From NCBI GenBank assembly GCA_020722095.1, contig DYLM01000006.1, positions 1-51,125 of the forward strand: DNA of 51,125 nucleotides, written 5' to 3'. Position 1 is the stretch's first letter, and each line of letters opens with the position of its first letter. Origin of the DNA: Chloroherpeton thalassium (GTDB taxonomy: Bacteria > Bacteroidota > Ignavibacteria > Kapaibacteriales > UBA2268). Shown here piece by piece: positions 29,566 to 39,882 of the stretch. The position numbers were made by a program, and so were the translations under genes. The notes under the pieces were generated by a model that was not told the origin of the DNA, ran no database searches, and worked only from the letters and a program-made list of their open reading frames with translations.

Positions 29566-31365
29566 CTATCTTTCGGTTTGCAAATCCTCTAATAAAGCAG
29601 AAATTAGTAAACTTTTTTCGTTAAGTTCATTTAGAATATCGGATTTAGTATTAGCAAAATATTCAGTTACACCGTTAAATAGATTTTTATAATAATCAAT
29701 TCCACTTTGTAGATTTTTCCCGAACTTCTCTAATTGATTATTATTTTGATTAGATATTTGCTGTTTCTTTTCTTGCACTTGATTCTTTAAGTAGTTGAAA
29801 TATAATGATAATTCCTTGATAAATACATTTGGTCTGTCTTGGCGTTCAATTACATTTGTCCTACCATAGATGTGGTCTACCATTTCTTTAAGTGTAAGTT
29901 CCTTATTGAAATATGCCATATTTGGACCTGGACAAACCGATACTCCATCGCCTTCCACTTTGGTATCCAAACCATTTACAAGCAAAGCAGATGTTCCCAG
30001 CCCCACACAAATGCAAGATTTTTCAACAATTTTGTTGTATTGTGCTTGGAAATCAAGTTGTGGCAAGTTCATATTCTCCAATTCCTTAATTTTTAGATAT
30101 TGGTATTCCCGAGAAGCAGTACAAATACCATAATCTCCAAATTCTTTGTTTAAGGAAACATATCTTTTTGGGCAGGAACTTCCTGGTCGGTTTTTAGCGA
30201 TATACTCTTCTTTTTCAATATCTTTAGTATTACCTTTAAGACTATTGAATTGCACTCCAAGAGGAGAAATATTACTTAAATATAAATCATCTTCCTTGGA
30301 ATCTATAAGTTGCTGCAAAGTATGCTCATCAACATTCACAACATCGGGAACTAATAAAAATGGCGTCCCCCAGCCTACACTATCCAAATTATAATGCTCA
30401 AGCAAGAAATTATGTTCTTCACTTGTACCAACGCCACCTTGTGCAGTTATTCGAAGATTAGGTATTTTTTCGGGAACAATTCTATTTTGATTTGTAAGTG
30501 CTTTTGTGAGAATTGCAAACATTTCATTAGTTAAATCATTGATATTATTTTTGAATTCTTCTAAAATAGGTCCCATAAGCAGACCATCTGTTGGAAAAGC
30601 GTGTCCTCCGCAATTCAAACCAGACTCAATTCTAAATTCAGATACCCAAATCCCTTTTTTTGCAAGATACTTACCTTGAATTGAAGCAGAACGGAAATCG
30701 CTAACTTTAAGGATCACTGTCTTTTTAAATTCGCCTTTTTGATTTGGATAAAAATCCTCAAAATTAGGTAAATAATTGAAAAGAGATGGATTCATACCCG
30801 ATGAAAAAACAATCGAAGAGTTTAAATCGCTATTAGCAAATCCACGTAAAGCTGAATGTGCATCATTATATTCATAGCCGAGCTTTTCCTTATTAATATA
30901 ATTTTCTTTGTCGGCTTTGGTCATAATATTAACGCTAATGCTACCTAATTGTAATTTATCGGAAAGCATTTTGCCAATATCTTTTAAGTTAACTCCATTT
31001 TTTACAAAATTTTCAAATTCCAACTTTAAATCTGAATAATTTGGGAGCATATTGATATAATCAGTAAATTCTTTTTTTAAGCCATTTGTTGTATTCTTCA
31101 AATCTTGAAATTTTTCCTTTACCAAATCATTAATCATATTTAAATACGAAGTGATTCGAGTTGCTCTAAAATCCTCGTGTTTCTCGGTAATTTCTGAATA
31201 TGAAATGCCTTCTTTTTCGCAATGAAATTTGCGAATTTTCTCAATCAACATATCATCAACTAAGGATATTACTGAATCAATTCCAAAATGTGCTACTTTA
31301 AGCGGTGTATCTATTGTATATCCAATTCCCATAACAGGAATGTGAAAATTGTGTAAATTTCTCAT
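29566..31365 (-). CDS. Conserved hypothetical protein, probable FMN TIM-barrel oxidoreductase (nitronate monooxygenase/FabK-like) with Cys cluster
   Basis: ESGLNCGGHAF, ITAQGGVGT, VGWGTPFL; CPK..C..CIC..CPGP. Confidence 0.55.
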   Translation of the reverse strand: MRNLHNFHIPVMGIGYTIDTPLKVAHFGIDSVISLVDDMLIEKIRKFHCEKEGISYSEITEKHEDFRATRITSYLNMINDLVKEKFQDLKNTTNGLKKEFTDYINMLPNYSDLKLEFENFVKNGVNLKDIGKMLSDKLQLGSISVNIMTKADKENYINKEKLGYEYNDAHSALRGFANSDLNSSIVFSSGMNPSLFNYLPNFEDFYPNQKGEFKKTVILKVSDFRSASIQGKYLAKKGIWVSEFRIESGLNCGGHAFPTDGLLMGPILEEFKNNINDLTNEMFAILTKALTNQNRIVPEKIPNLRITAQGGVGTSEEHNFLLEHYNLDSVGWGTPFLLVPDVVNVDEHTLQQLIDSKEDDLYLSNISPLGVQFNSLKGNTKDIEKEEYIAKNRPGSSCPKRYVSLNKEFGDYGICTASREYQYLKIKELENMNLPQLDFQAQYNKIVEKSCICVGLGTSALLVNGLDTKVEGDGVSVCPGPNMAYFNKELTLKEMVDHIYGRTNVIERQDRPNVFIKELSLYFNYLKNQVQEKKQQISNQNNNQLEKFGKNLQSGIDYYKNLFNGVTEYFANTKSDILNELNEKSLLISALLEDLQTER

Positions 31366-31605
31366 TTATATTTAATTTATAAATTTTGCAAAAAATTATC
31401 TTGCAAATTACAACACTTTATTGAATAAATCGGAATATTTTGAATATTCATTGATGAAAAATAATTATTGACGATTATAATTCTAATAAAATGAATTAAA
31501 TTCAGTTTTTGTTTTGTTAAATTAATGTTAAAATTATATTAAACTTGTAGGGTATTAAAATAGTAAAAATTCCACAACGTTTTAACAGAAAAAAATGGAC
31601 AAATT

Positions 31606-33174
31606 ATGAGAATTTTCCTTTCCGCTATAATAATCACTTTGATTTTATCAAGTAATTTATGGGCTGAAACCGCAAAAGGTATTTGCTTTGAGGATAAGAA
31701 CAACAATAATTTCTTTGACGATGACGAAGTTGGCATCGCTAATGTGTTAGTTTCTAATGGTCGCGATATTGTAAAAACCGATAAAGATGGTAATTATTCA
31801 ATTCCGTTGCAACCAAATGAAGTATTGTTTGTGATTAATCCCGCAGAATATGAATTTCCAAGAACTGAACTCGGGAATTTGAGTTTCTACTATAATTATT
31901 TCCCTGAAGGTTCACCAAAATTAAAATTTGGTGGCGTATCTCCAACTGGAAAATTTCCAGACTTTATTTATTTTGCTTTAAAAAAGAAAAAACTTCACCG
32001 CAATGATTTTACTATGTTGTTTTTTGGCGATTCACAAGTCCGAAATGAAACAGAAGTTGGCTACTTAGTGCATAGTTCACTCACCAAATCATTAGAAGAA
32101 AATGCAGATTTAGGAGTATTCCTTGGCGATGTTGGATTTGATGATTTACGATTTTATAAAAATCTAATTCAATCGGCAAGTGTGTCGGCTCATCCTTGGC
32201 ATTATTTGCCCGGCAATCACGATATTGATTATGATGCAGCAAACCAAAATGATGTTGATGATACTTGGAATAATTATTTCGGTCCTTCTTATTATTCATA
32301 CAATTACGGGAATGTTCACTTCATTTCTCTATTTGATGTTTGGTATGATGGTAACCATAAATATCACGCAAAACTTGGCGAGAAGCAATTGGAATTTATC
32401 AAAAATGATTTGAAATATGTGGACAAAAGCCAACTTGTAGTTCTGATGATGCATATCCCAATGGATGAATTAAAAGATAAGCAACAATTATTTGATATTC
32501 TCAAAGATTACCCAAAGACACTCTCGTTTGCGGGTCATACGCACACAAATCGCCAAATTTTCTTTGGCAAAAATGATGGTTGGCAAGGTACAAAAGAGCA
32601 TCATCATATTATTGCTGGGGCTACTTGCGGAAGTTGGTGGGACGGCAATTTGGATATTTACGGCATTCCACAATCATTAATGTCTGATGGCGGTTCGAAA
32701 GGTTATTGGGTGGTAAAGTTTGAAAATTACAAATATAGAATTAAATTTGTAGCAACCGAGCCTCAACATTCAGATAATTTTAGCTTGTGGAGTTATGAAA
32801 AAAATGATAGAATCCCCGAACTAAACGAGTATTTTGCAAGCAAGAAAGATTCTGTCTTCATCAACGTTTTTGGTGGTGGAAAACTAACAAATGTACGTGT
32901 AAAAATTGATGATGGCGAATGGTTCAAAATTCAACAGATAAGAGCATTAGATCCATTTTATGACCAAATTATTTTTATTCAAAAGAATTATGCCAAAGAA
33001 GAAAACAAGGCTGTCTTGAATTATTGGTTGAGCGATTATGATAGAAGTACTGAACATATTTGGGCATTTAAATTGCCAAGCAATTTATCCAAAGGACCAC
33101 ATACGATAGAAGTAGAAGTGCGTGACCCAAATGGCATTTCCGAAATGGGCAAAAGAATAATTAGAGTAGAATAA
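31606..33174 (+). CDS. Exported calcineurin-like metallophosphoesterase
   Basis: Signal peptide; V.VSNG..IV.TD.DG.Y N-domain; GDSQ, LGD, PGNHD, MHIP, AGHTH, GATCGSWW. Confidence 0.92.
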   Translation: MRIFLSAIIITLILSSNLWAETAKGICFEDKNNNNFFDDDEVGIANVLVSNGRDIVKTDKDGNYSIPLQPNEVLFVINPAEYEFPRTELGNLSFYYNYFPEGSPKLKFGGVSPTGKFPDFIYFALKKKKLHRNDFTMLFFGDSQVRNETEVGYLVHSSLTKSLEENADLGVFLGDVGFDDLRFYKNLIQSASVSAHPWHYLPGNHDIDYDAANQNDVDDTWNNYFGPSYYSYNYGNVHFISLFDVWYDGNHKYHAKLGEKQLEFIKNDLKYVDKSQLVVLMMHIPMDELKDKQQLFDILKDYPKTLSFAGHTHTNRQIFFGKNDGWQGTKEHHHIIAGATCGSWWDGNLDIYGIPQSLMSDGGSKGYWVVKFENYKYRIKFVATEPQHSDNFSLWSYEKNDRIPELNEYFASKKDSVFINVFGGGKLTNVRVKIDDGEWFKIQQIRALDPFYDQIIFIQKNYAKEENKAVLNYWLSDYDRSTEHIWAFKLPSNLSKGPHTIEVEVRDPNGISEMGKRIIRVE

Positions 33175-33229
33175 TCTTAATTTGGCGTTTGGCGTTGGGT
33201 AATTTTGTAGAATGTTTATTTTGCATAGT

Positions 33230-33594
33230 ATGAAACATCTATTTTATCCAAAATTATTTTTTATATAAATTGGGAATTTTAAAACAACAAATTGCCAAAG
33301 ATGTAATTTTGGAATCGAGTTATCGAGCAAGTTGGTATAAAAAGTGAAATAATAATTCGGAAGCGTAAAGTTTCATTTATTGACCAAACAGGCATTTACA
33401 ACCTTAAATCAACACTAAAAATGCTCAAAAAACATAATGTGTACATCTTGTTTTTTGGTGTAAATCAAGATGTTCGAAATGATTTTGAAAGATGTAAAAT
33501 CACTGATTTAATACCTAATGAAAATATTTATGCATTATTTTATGATGCAATAAAATTTTCAATTGATAAAGTTAATATAAATAATAACAAGTAA
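33230..33594 (+). pseudogene. SulP (SLC26) anion transporter remnant: N-terminus joined to STAS domain, TM core deleted
   Basis: MKHLFYPKLFFI*, then KQQIAKDVI, then (33319-33594) VIEQVGIKSEIIIRKRKVSFIDQTGIYNL..LFFGVN..V...LIPNENIY..DAI. Confidence 0.75.
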
Positions 33595-33601
33595 GGATAT
33601 T

Positions 33602-33961
33602 ATGAATTATGCCATCCATTTAGTAATTGTGATTGATGGAATTGAAGATAACAATGAAATCGATTTAATTGAAAAAGAAATTTCAAGTATTTTCGGTTCA
33701 CTGGAATCCTATAAATACGAAAACTATACAAAATTTGACAATTCTTATAAGCTTAGTTTTACTTTTAATGATGATGTGGCAACTAACATTATGGAGCATT
33801 GTATAATCAAATCTGATTTGATTTGTTCTCCTTGGTTAGTTTATTATTTACCTGATGAAAATAAGATGGAGTTGATATACAATCGTGATCACAATTCACA
33901 AGTTGGTAAAGAAATATTTTATAAAATTAAATGGGCAAATTTATTTTATCTTAAAGTTTAA
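33602..33961 (+). CDS. Hypothetical protein
   Basis: 119-aa ORF with aagga RBS; no recognised motif. Confidence 0.6.
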   Translation: MNYAIHLVIVIDGIEDNNEIDLIEKEISSIFGSLESYKYENYTKFDNSYKLSFTFNDDVATNIMEHCIIKSDLICSPWLVYYLPDENKMELIYNRDHNSQVGKEIFYKIKWANLFYLKV

Positions 33962-34033
33962 TAATTAAAGAAAATTTATTAATTTTGTTTTGCCTAAATA
34001 TATTTTTCAAACAAATAAAATTAATGAGGTTTT

Positions 34034-34465
34034 ATGTTAGGTCTAACAGTTTATTTAACTTACAATGGAAACACATTAGAAGCATTTGAATTTTACAAAT
34101 CAATTTTGGGTGGCGAATTTTTGGATATTAATTATTTCAAAGAAATGCCTGCAAGCGAAGGTTACGAAGTTCCCGAAGCAGATTTAGAGAAAATTTTGCA
34201 CATTACATATAAAATCAATGAAACAAGTTACTTGATGGCAAGTGATAGCTCAACATTTAGTGGCGATGCTACATTTGGTAACAATTTCAGTTTGTCAATT
34301 TCTCCTGAATCAAAAGAAGAAGCAGACAAAATCTATAATGAACTTTCTGCTGGCGGAAATATCATTATGCCAATTCAAGATACTTTCTGGGGAGCATACT
34401 ATGGTATGTTTACAGATAAATTCGGTATAAATTGGGCAATTAATTTTGCATATCCTCAAGCATAA
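34034..34465 (+). CDS. VOC-family protein (PhnB-like)
   Basis: YLTYNGN..EAFEFYKSILGG, ILH, LMASD, MPIQDTFWGAYYGMFTDKFGINW. Confidence 0.92.
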   Translation: MLGLTVYLTYNGNTLEAFEFYKSILGGEFLDINYFKEMPASEGYEVPEADLEKILHITYKINETSYLMASDSSTFSGDATFGNNFSLSISPESKEEADKIYNELSAGGNIIMPIQDTFWGAYYGMFTDKFGINWAINFAYPQA

Positions 34466-34490
34466 TCCATAAGCATAATTCAAAAAGAAT

Positions 34491-35198
34491 ATGAACGAAA
34501 TCGAAATATTACGAAACAATTTAGAAAAAGCAGGCTTCGAAAAGGGTCGCCAAGCTTCATTGCGGTTTTTCAAGGAAGCTGTTAATCCTTATGGTATTTT
34601 CTCGAAAGATTTAAAGGTAATTTCTTCAGACTTTTACCAAAGCATCAAAGCAAAAAGCAAAGAAGAAAAGTTTGAAATTTGCGACCAACTTTGGCAATCT
34701 GGTATGCTCGAGGAATCCTTTATTGCATGTAGCGTTTCGCATAAATTGGAAAATGAGTATGAAAAATCAGATTTCGTTATTTTTGAGCGTTGGGTAAAAG
34801 AATATATAAATAATTGGGCATCGTGTGATACTTTTTGTAATCACACGATTGGCTCATTTATGATGAAATTTCCTGAATATTTATCGAAATTATTGGAATG
34901 GAGCAAGTCTGATAATCGCTGGGTGAAACGAGCAAGTGCGGTTTCCTTAATTGTTCCTGCTCGGAAAGGACTATTTTCTGACACTATATTTCAGATAGCA
35001 GATACATTGCTATTGGACAAAGATGATATGGTTCAAAAAGGCTATGGCTGGATGCTTAAGGTTTATTCACAATTTGATTTACAATCAGTTAATCGCTATA
35101 TCACAAAGCATAAAGAGATTATGCCTCGCACTGCCTTCCGCTATGCTATCGAGAAATTTCCACCAGAATTGAGAAAACTTGCAATGCAGAAAAGTTAA
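34491..35198 (+). CDS. DNA alkylation repair protein (AlkD-like HEAT repeat)
   Basis: LWQSG..EE, NNWASCD, W.KSDNRWVKRAS, D.DDMVQKGYGWMLK, MPRTAFRYAIEK. Confidence 0.9.
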   Translation: MNEIEILRNNLEKAGFEKGRQASLRFFKEAVNPYGIFSKDLKVISSDFYQSIKAKSKEEKFEICDQLWQSGMLEESFIACSVSHKLENEYEKSDFVIFERWVKEYINNWASCDTFCNHTIGSFMMKFPEYLSKLLEWSKSDNRWVKRASAVSLIVPARKGLFSDTIFQIADTLLLDKDDMVQKGYGWMLKVYSQFDLQSVNRYITKHKEIMPRTAFRYAIEKFPPELRKLAMQKS

Positions 35199-35299
35199 AG
35201 TAAAGAAATTTTGCTTTTTGGATTGAACACAATTGGCAATCTTTTTTCACAAAATGATTTGGAAAAAGTAATATTCACTCCAATTACTCTAATTTAATT

Positions 35300-38200
35300 C
35301 TACATCTGCAATTCTAAATGTTTCTTTAATTTCCAGAGCAATTCGATAATCTCGGTTTGCTCTATTTCATTTATTTGAACAAAAATTTTAGTTAGAGTTT
35401 GTTTAATCTCGTATTTATAATTTATCGTACCAAAATAATCAAGTAAAATAGGGAATACTTGTTGGAAATATTCATTTGATTCCATTGGAAGTTCAATTTT
35501 GAGAATATTTTTATTGATAGAAATCCTTTTGAAGCCCGTATTTAAACCCAATACTCTTAATCTTAAAATGAAAATTAGATTTTGAGTCTCTTCGGGAATT
35601 TTTCCAAATCTATCAACTAATTCATTTTCGATATTTTTAATTTCCTCTAATTTAGTGAAATCATACATTTTTCTATAAAGCACAAATCTTTCAGTCTCGC
35701 TTTCTATATAATTGTGATTAAGGAAAGAATTTTTGTCAAAATCAATTTCTAAATCCTTATTATGCAGAAGTTTATTACTTATCGACGTCTTATCTTTGAA
35801 CAATTCGGAAAATTCTTCTTCTTTCAATTCCTGAACCGCTTCGTCTAATATTTTGGAGTAAAGCTCATAGCCAATATCGTCAATATAGCCGCTTTGCTCT
35901 GCACCAAGTAGATTACCGGCACCACGAATTTCCATATCTCGCATTGCTAATTTCAAGCCACTACCAAGAGTGGAAAACTCCTCCAGAGCTTGTAGTCTTT
36001 TTATGCTTTTTTCAGAAATTTTTGTGTCATTTGGTACAATTAAATATGAATATGCTTGAATATTGCTACGTCCAACCCTTCCACGAAGTTGGTACAATTC
36101 AGCAAGACCAAAATTTTGTGCCCGATTGATAAATATGGTATTTGCTGACGGAATGTCTAATCCACTTTCCACAATTTTAGTTGTCACAAGTATATCGAAT
36201 TGTTTAGCAACAAATTTTTCCATAATTTTTTCCAAGTCAGAAGATTTCATTTGTCCGTGAGCAATTCCGATTTTTGCATTTGGTAAAATTGTTTGTATTT
36301 CTCCTGCAATTTTATTCAAGTCATAAACTTTGTCAGAAACAAAAAATATTTGACCATTTCTATTTAATTCCTTAGTTGCTGCTTTCTTAAAGTGTTCTTT
36401 GTCCCAACGCATAATCTCGGTATAAACGGGCATTCGATTGGGTGGGGGAGTTTCGATTATACTAATATCACGCACTCCTAAAAGAGAAAAGTTCAATGTT
36501 CGTGGTATAGGAGTTGCAGTCATAGTCAGTGTATCCACATTAGCCTTAATTTGCCTGAGTTTTTCCTTTGCTGACACTCCAAAACGATGTTCCTCATCAA
36601 TTATTAGCAACCCTAAATCTTTGAAATTAACATCTTTACTTAATATCCTATGAGTGCCGATAACTATATCAACTTTGCCCATCTGAATTCGTTCTAAGTC
36701 TTCCTTAATTTCTGCAGAAGTACGGAAGCGACTTAAAAGCGCAATCTTAATTGGATATTTCTCCATTCTATCTTTGAACGACATATAATGTTGCTTAGCA
36801 AGAATTGTTGTAGGTACTAAAACAGCTACTTGTTTTCCATTAATTGCTGCTTTGAATGCAGCTCGAATAGCAATTTCGGTCTTTCCAAATCCAACATCAC
36901 CACAAACTAATCTATCCATAGGAGCAGTTTGTTCCATATCATCTTTTACGTCATCTGTTGCTTTTGCTTGGTCAATAGTATCCTCGAACATAAATGACGC
37001 CTCAAATTCTTTCTGCCATAGAGTATCTGTAGGATACGCAAAGCCATCTGATGTCTTTCGTTTGGCATATAATTTCATCAGTTCACGGGAAATGTCTTTT
37101 AATTTTTTCTTTAATTTACTTTTGCGTCTTTCCCACTCCGATGAACCAAGCTTGCTTAGCTTTGGTGGAGTATCCTCTGACGAAGAATATTTGTCAATTT
37201 TATGAATCAAATTCATATAAACATACAGAATGTCACCATCTTGATATTTAACTCTGACGCAATCCTGCATCACATCACCAACTTTGATAGTCTGAAAGCC
37301 ATCAAATTGCCCAATTCCTTTATCTTCATGAACGACATAATCGCCAACTTGTAAATTTTCCAGCTCTTTTAAAGTTAGACTTGTTTTGGAAGATGAGCTT
37401 TTTTGTTTAACTTTATTTATTCTATCAAAAATTTGATGCTCAGTTAAAATTGCAAATCTTAAATCTTTGGTAATAAATCCAGCTGAAAGTGTCGACTCAA
37501 TCCATTTAATTTTGCGATAATAATTCAAAAAGCTGATATCATTGTAATCATTTTCATCAAAATAACGCTGAACCAAAATCTTCAATCTATCTAAATAATT
37601 TTTATTATCCGATACAATATGAAGCAATGTTTTATTTTGATGAAATTCTTTTAGTTGTTCAACAAATTCATTTAGTGAATTTTTATAATTCTGCTGCTGA
37701 TTTACAAGTATTTGATATTTTGATTTTTCTAATGGATTTAAATAAACTTTTTTGAAATTACCAAAATAGTCAAGCAAGTTAACTTCTTGATTTATATTAA
37801 CTTGCTCGTCAATAATAATTATTGTATTACTTGGAATTAATTTATTGATTTTGGTTGTTGTTTCGATTTGTGATGAATCAAATAAATTTGATAAAAAGCT
37901 AATTTGATTAATGTTATTTATACTTCGCTGCGAGATAGAATCAAATTCGCGGATAGATTCAATCTCGTTTCCCCAAAATTCAATGCGATATGGGTTGGTT
38001 GCACCCAGAGGGAAAATATCGATTATGCTACCACGAACTGCAATTTCACCTTCTGTTGCCACATAATCAGTCTTGAAAAAGCCCTTCAACACCAAATCCA
38101 TTATAAAATCATCGTAATTTAATTTGTCGCCAACAGAAATTGTGAGCAAACTATCCGTTATATTTTCTTTTGTTGGAAAATCAATTGTCAACATATCGAT

Positions 38201-38569
38201 ATTTCCAATCAACACACTTTTTTCTTCCTGCGAAAATTGTTCAATTTTTTGAATAAAATGACCAAGTGGTTCGGAAGTGCCATATAATTCTGGTTGGAAC
38301 GAAACAGATTCTAACAGACCATAACATTTTATTTCATTATCAAAAAATTTTATGTCGTTGATAAATTCTTGTTGAGTATAAAAATCTTTAGTTAAAATTA
38401 GAATATTTTTCTGGTTATTTTCAATTAAATAATTGACAAGAAATGATTTAAGAGAAAAACTTGATAGATAAATATTGCTTGAAAGCGAAGATTCTAACTC
38501 ATCATAGAAATTTCTACCTAAAGTTTTTTCAAAAGTTTGATTTAAATATTCTGTAATTCTATTGCTCAT
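35300..38569 (-). CDS. mfd: Transcription-repair coupling factor
   Basis: GEIAVRGSIIDIFP, GDYVVHEDKGIG, MDRLVCGDVGFGKTE, DEEHRFGV, TATPIPRTL, QLRGRVGRS, DMEIRGAGNLLG. Confidence 0.97.
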   Translation of the reverse strand: MSNRITEYLNQTFEKTLGRNFYDELESSLSSNIYLSSFSLKSFLVNYLIENNQKNILILTKDFYTQQEFINDIKFFDNEIKCYGLLESVSFQPELYGTSEPLGHFIQKIEQFSQEEKSVLIGNIDMLTIDFPTKENITDSLLTISVGDKLNYDDFIMDLVLKGFFKTDYVATEGEIAVRGSIIDIFPLGATNPYRIEFWGNEIESIREFDSISQRSINNINQISFLSNLFDSSQIETTTKINKLIPSNTIIIIDEQVNINQEVNLLDYFGNFKKVYLNPLEKSKYQILVNQQQNYKNSLNEFVEQLKEFHQNKTLLHIVSDNKNYLDRLKILVQRYFDENDYNDISFLNYYRKIKWIESTLSAGFITKDLRFAILTEHQIFDRINKVKQKSSSSKTSLTLKELENLQVGDYVVHEDKGIGQFDGFQTIKVGDVMQDCVRVKYQDGDILYVYMNLIHKIDKYSSSEDTPPKLSKLGSSEWERRKSKLKKKLKDISRELMKLYAKRKTSDGFAYPTDTLWQKEFEASFMFEDTIDQAKATDDVKDDMEQTAPMDRLVCGDVGFGKTEIAIRAAFKAAINGKQVAVLVPTTILAKQHYMSFKDRMEKYPIKIALLSRFRTSAEIKEDLERIQMGKVDIVIGTHRILSKDVNFKDLGLLIIDEEHRFGVSAKEKLRQIKANVDTLTMTATPIPRTLNFSLLGVRDISIIETPPPNRMPVYTEIMRWDKEHFKKAATKELNRNGQIFFVSDKVYDLNKIAGEIQTILPNAKIGIAHGQMKSSDLEKIMEKFVAKQFDILVTTKIVESGLDIPSANTIFINRAQNFGLAELYQLRGRVGRSNIQAYSYLIVPNDTKISEKSIKRLQALEEFSTLGSGLKLAMRDMEIRGAGNLLGAEQSGYIDDIGYELYSKILDEAVQELKEEEFSELFKDKTSISNKLLHNKDLEIDFDKNSFLNHNYIESETERFVLYRKMYDFTKLEEIKNIENELVDRFGKIPEETQNLIFILRLRVLGLNTGFKRISINKNILKIELPMESNEYFQQVFPILLDYFGTINYKYEIKQTLTKIFVQINEIEQTEIIELLWKLKKHLELQM

Positions 38570-39872
38570 TTTGTACTATCTGAGATTTTTTGTGATTTTC
38601 AAATTTTGTGAAGATTAATATTGTTCCACCAATTATGAAGAAAATGATTAATGATAAAATTGCGTACCTGTATGAATGTGTGATTTGGTATGTTAAACCA
38701 AACAAGAAAGGTCCCATCCAGCTTGTGCCCTTTTCACTAATTTCGTAGAGCGAAAAATACTCTGCTTCTTTATCTTTTGGTATGAGTTTGGAATAAGCCG
38801 AGCGCGAAATTGATTGTATTCCACCCAAAACTAATGCAATAAAAATAGCAAGAGTAAAAAAATCGTAGGCATTTTTAAGAATAAAAAAAGCATATAAAAG
38901 AATGAGTAACCAAATAAATATTGAAAATAAAAGAGATTTCTTCTCCCCAATTCTATTTGCAATTTTATCAAAAGCTATTGCTCCAAATGCTGCAAAGAAT
39001 TGGACAACTAAAATTATCATCGTAAGAAAAGACATTTCTAAACCTAATTCCTCTTGTCCAAAGAGTGAGGATAATGAAATTACTGCTTGCACACCATCAT
39101 TGTAAAACAAATATGCTACTAAAAACCATACTGCAATTTTGTGATTTTTAGCATCTTTGATTGTGTTTCTAAGTTGAGCAAAAGTTTGACTAAAAATTTT
39201 TGATGTTTTAATTTTATTAGAATTATTTTTAAACTTTAAGAAATTAAATGACGGAATTGCAAATAGTAGCCACCAGATACCAGCTAAAGTTATATTTATT
39301 TTTATTGATGTATTTGTTGAAATGTGCAAAAATTCACTATTCTGAAAAATTAATAAATTTATTATCAAGAGCAATCCGCCGCCAATATATCCAAAAGCCC
39401 ACCCATTCGAGGAGACTTTCTGTCGGTTCTCTTCTGTGGAAATTTGATTTAAATATGAATTATAAATCACTATTGCAGCACCAAATGACACATTTGAAAT
39501 TACCAAAAGTAAAGCAGCAATGACATAATTAACATCAAATAAGAAAAGAATAGTTGTTACTGAGCCTAAAATTGTAAAAAAGGCAAGCAAATAATTTTTG
39601 TGTTTATATATGTCAGATAATGAACCTATGATTGGTAAAAGAAGTGCTTGCAAGATTACAGAAAGTGAGATAGAATAGGGGAAAAGTGAACCAACAGGAA
39701 TATCAATTCCCGCAATATTCACAAGTCCATTGATTGCACTTTGCTTGGCTAAAATTGATAAGTAAGGTCCAAGAAATAATGTAATTACAGTAGTTGAGTA
39801 TGCCGAATTAGCCCAATCGTAAAGATACCAAGATAGTAGTTGTTTGGATTCAAAATTTTTGAGCCATTTCAT
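38559..39872 (-). CDS. MFS transporter (UMF1/ATG22-like)
   Basis: WYLYDWANSAY, SSNGWAFGYIGG, AYLFYNDG, QSISRS...LIP..KEAEYFSLY. Confidence 0.9.
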   Translation of the reverse strand: MKWLKNFESKQLLSWYLYDWANSAYSTTVITLFLGPYLSILAKQSAINGLVNIAGIDIPVGSLFPYSISLSVILQALLLPIIGSLSDIYKHKNYLLAFFTILGSVTTILFLFDVNYVIAALLLVISNVSFGAAIVIYNSYLNQISTEENRQKVSSNGWAFGYIGGGLLLIINLLIFQNSEFLHISTNTSIKINITLAGIWWLLFAIPSFNFLKFKNNSNKIKTSKIFSQTFAQLRNTIKDAKNHKIAVWFLVAYLFYNDGVQAVISLSSLFGQEELGLEMSFLTMIILVVQFFAAFGAIAFDKIANRIGEKKSLLFSIFIWLLILLYAFFILKNAYDFFTLAIFIALVLGGIQSISRSAYSKLIPKDKEAEYFSLYEISEKGTSWMGPFLFGLTYQITHSYRYAILSLIIFFIIGGTILIFTKFENHKKSQIVQNEQ

Positions 39873-39882
39873 AATACTTTAT

